Positions 62,201-63,839 of a DNA stretch of 63,839 nt are shown here, one piece after another. Source of the DNA: Dicyema japonicum (taxonomy: Eukaryota; Animalia; Dicyemida); contig RDEW01000087.1 of NCBI GenBank assembly GCA_011109175.1, positions 62,162-126,000 on the forward strand, given 5' to 3'. Position 1 is the first letter of the stretch. Each line of letters begins with the position of its first letter. A program made the position numbers and the translations under genes. A model generated the notes under the pieces. It searched no databases. It saw nothing but the letters and a program-made list of their open reading frames with translations, and was not told the origin of the DNA.

Positions 62201-63839
62201 TACCCCATTTTAATGAAATATATCAAATCCATCATTATGAGGCCCAAAAGAAAGTTTGTGCCAAAATATTCCTCGGTTATGCCAAACAAGTCAAGTCTAA
62301 AAATGTACGATCTTCTCATGTATTTGTTGGATTTTAAAAATTCTGCGAATTTGACAGGAGTTTTGTTGTCGGTAGTGAGAAAGAGTTGGTAGAAGTACTC
62401 GAATGAGCAGAGGATATCGTAGAAATCAAACTTTAGCATGAAAATGTTGACTTTGTCTTTGGAATCGAAGGCAGCCGAACTTATCTAAAGTAAGGCAAGT
62501 CAAAACCAGTGAGCAATATAACATAATAATCTTGTACACGTGTTTTGCACCAATTATGTAAAATAGCTGAGTCACAAAATATGCAAATTCCTTGTTAATG
62601 CTTACACTCAGGGATTTGTCCTATATTATACAACCCACGTGACTATTTCATGGAGACTCAGCATATCCTTCACAAATACACGGCACAGGTTTTCAAGTTT
62701 GGATATTTCAGATAACGTGGGGATATTGGTTTTCACTTTGTTGTTAAACAGTGACTTGCCCTTACTGTTATTAAACTGAAAACTATTAAGTTTATAAAAA
62801 AGGGGGAAATTTCAATCATCCCCGTTCTCTCAGTCTCCGCCTCAATCCAAACGTCAATCAGTCTTACAAATATCTGTAATAACTAAACAGATAACCTTCT
62901 TGTTGTGTAACTTTTCAAATTGGTCGAAAGCTACGATGAACTAATCATCAAACCAGGATCAGACAGAAATATTGTGTCCGTGTAGAGAGACAGTGTTATG
63001 TCTCTGATTCCGTAATCACAAGAGGAACCCACTCCCTTGGCCAGAAATATTAAGGTCGATAATATAGTTTCCTTTATTTTCCCAGAATATTCAGTTTCTA
63101 TGAGTGAGTACACGTAACACTTTCATTTGAAAACAGTTCATTTCCGAAAATTAGTACAAAAATAAGTTTATCAAATAACTGGTAGACCATAGGGAAGTAC
63201 TCCTCCACCTTCACTGTATTTAGTTCCTTTATGACGAGGATGAATTGATCGACAGATGTTTTCCCAGTCCCAACATTCAGTAGCATTGTTAAAGCATTTT
63301 TGATTTTAAAATTCTAAGAATGAGTATTACCTGACCATGGGGTACACAGTCGTCATTGGAGTGAGGGAGAACGAAAACAAGGGCCTTTGACCTTCAATCC
63401 ACCTCAAAGAGTTCCCTTCAGCGAAAGAGTTGATCTCATAGTAGTTATTGGGCTTATCAATGCAAATTGGTAAATCAAAGTTTCCGTAAACAATGCAGCC
63501 ATCCTTCTCAATGGGAAGCCACTGGTTTAATACATAATAAACTGAGTAGCCGATTATGGTCTGCTTCTTATCCAGTTTTTCTAGTTTGGGGACACTGTAG
63601 TATGTCAACAGTAGATGAGACGTTGTTGAGAGAGTGTTTGGGAGTAACATCTTTATTTCTTCGCTATAAGTCACCAATTTGTTTTTGTAGCTCAAATGGA
63701 GGAGAATGTCATTTTGGTATTCTGGACAGTTCGAATGACCAAAAATGAGCTATTTATTATGAAAACACAAACCTGAGCCTTCCCATAACTGATTAGTTGG
63801 ACTTTTACGGAAATTGACTTTACTGAAGAAATTCTGAAG
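59285..63839 (-). CDS. DOCK-C family (DOCK6/7/8-like, zizimin-related) Rho GEF, 3' part (DHR1/C2 to DHR2); 5' end outside window; many tiny introns
   Basis: IFGHSNC..; EEIKMLLP..L....HLLLTYY; GYS|WLP; FEYK|GKK...KLEESLMGTGGARHE; DPETVIDLMISIANSY...RLEWLQKIARKH; LSPIQVAIDD; VVNL|GLREMA.LFL; NQREYQRELSRNF; stop at 59285. Introns checked: 63750-63772, 63522-63542, 63314-63335, 63098-63120, 61746-61767, 61401-61424, 59583-59605, 59451-59472. Confidence 0.92.

Noticed and set aside
61493-63748. Plus-strand ORFs 61493, 62144 and 63467
   Set aside because: Antisense shadows of DOCK exons.
59285-63839. Alternative genetic code (stop readthrough) to explain broken DOCK ORFs
   Set aside because: At every junction examined, stops and frameshifts are resolved by canonical GT-AG mini-introns.

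Overview
Eukaryotic, AT-rich, draft-quality scaffold window with five single-N joins and one 574-N gap. No rRNA, tRNA or CRISPR array was found. About 59 kb is a transposon graveyard: RTE-like, I/Jockey-like, CRE-like and R4/NeSL-like LINE fragments, hAT/Buster, Merlin, a MULE-like insertion, and a Ginger-like integrase transposon with both ends intact. It is interleaved with reshuffled segmental duplications. The last 4.5 kb is the 3' part of a DOCK-C (DOCK6/7/8-like) GEF gene on the minus strand. Host genes use tiny 21-25 nt GT-AG introns, so the supplied ORF track misses or fragments them. After splicing I find an intact 145-aa secreted ML/NPC2-like gene (26012-26497), an intron-retaining LSm3 pseudogene plus a second fragment, and a possible BRCT remnant. 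The main candidate for a novel system is a dispersed family of at least 9 copies/fragments of a surface-protein gene (signal peptide, beta-rich variable ectodomain, variable number of 17-aa Thr-rich stalk repeats, TM, short tail). All copies appear broken as assembled, and most sit inside repeatedly duplicated cassettes, resembling a surface-antigen repertoire or archive. Family assignments come from motif recognition by eye; no database search was run. Coordinates of degenerate fragments are approximate.
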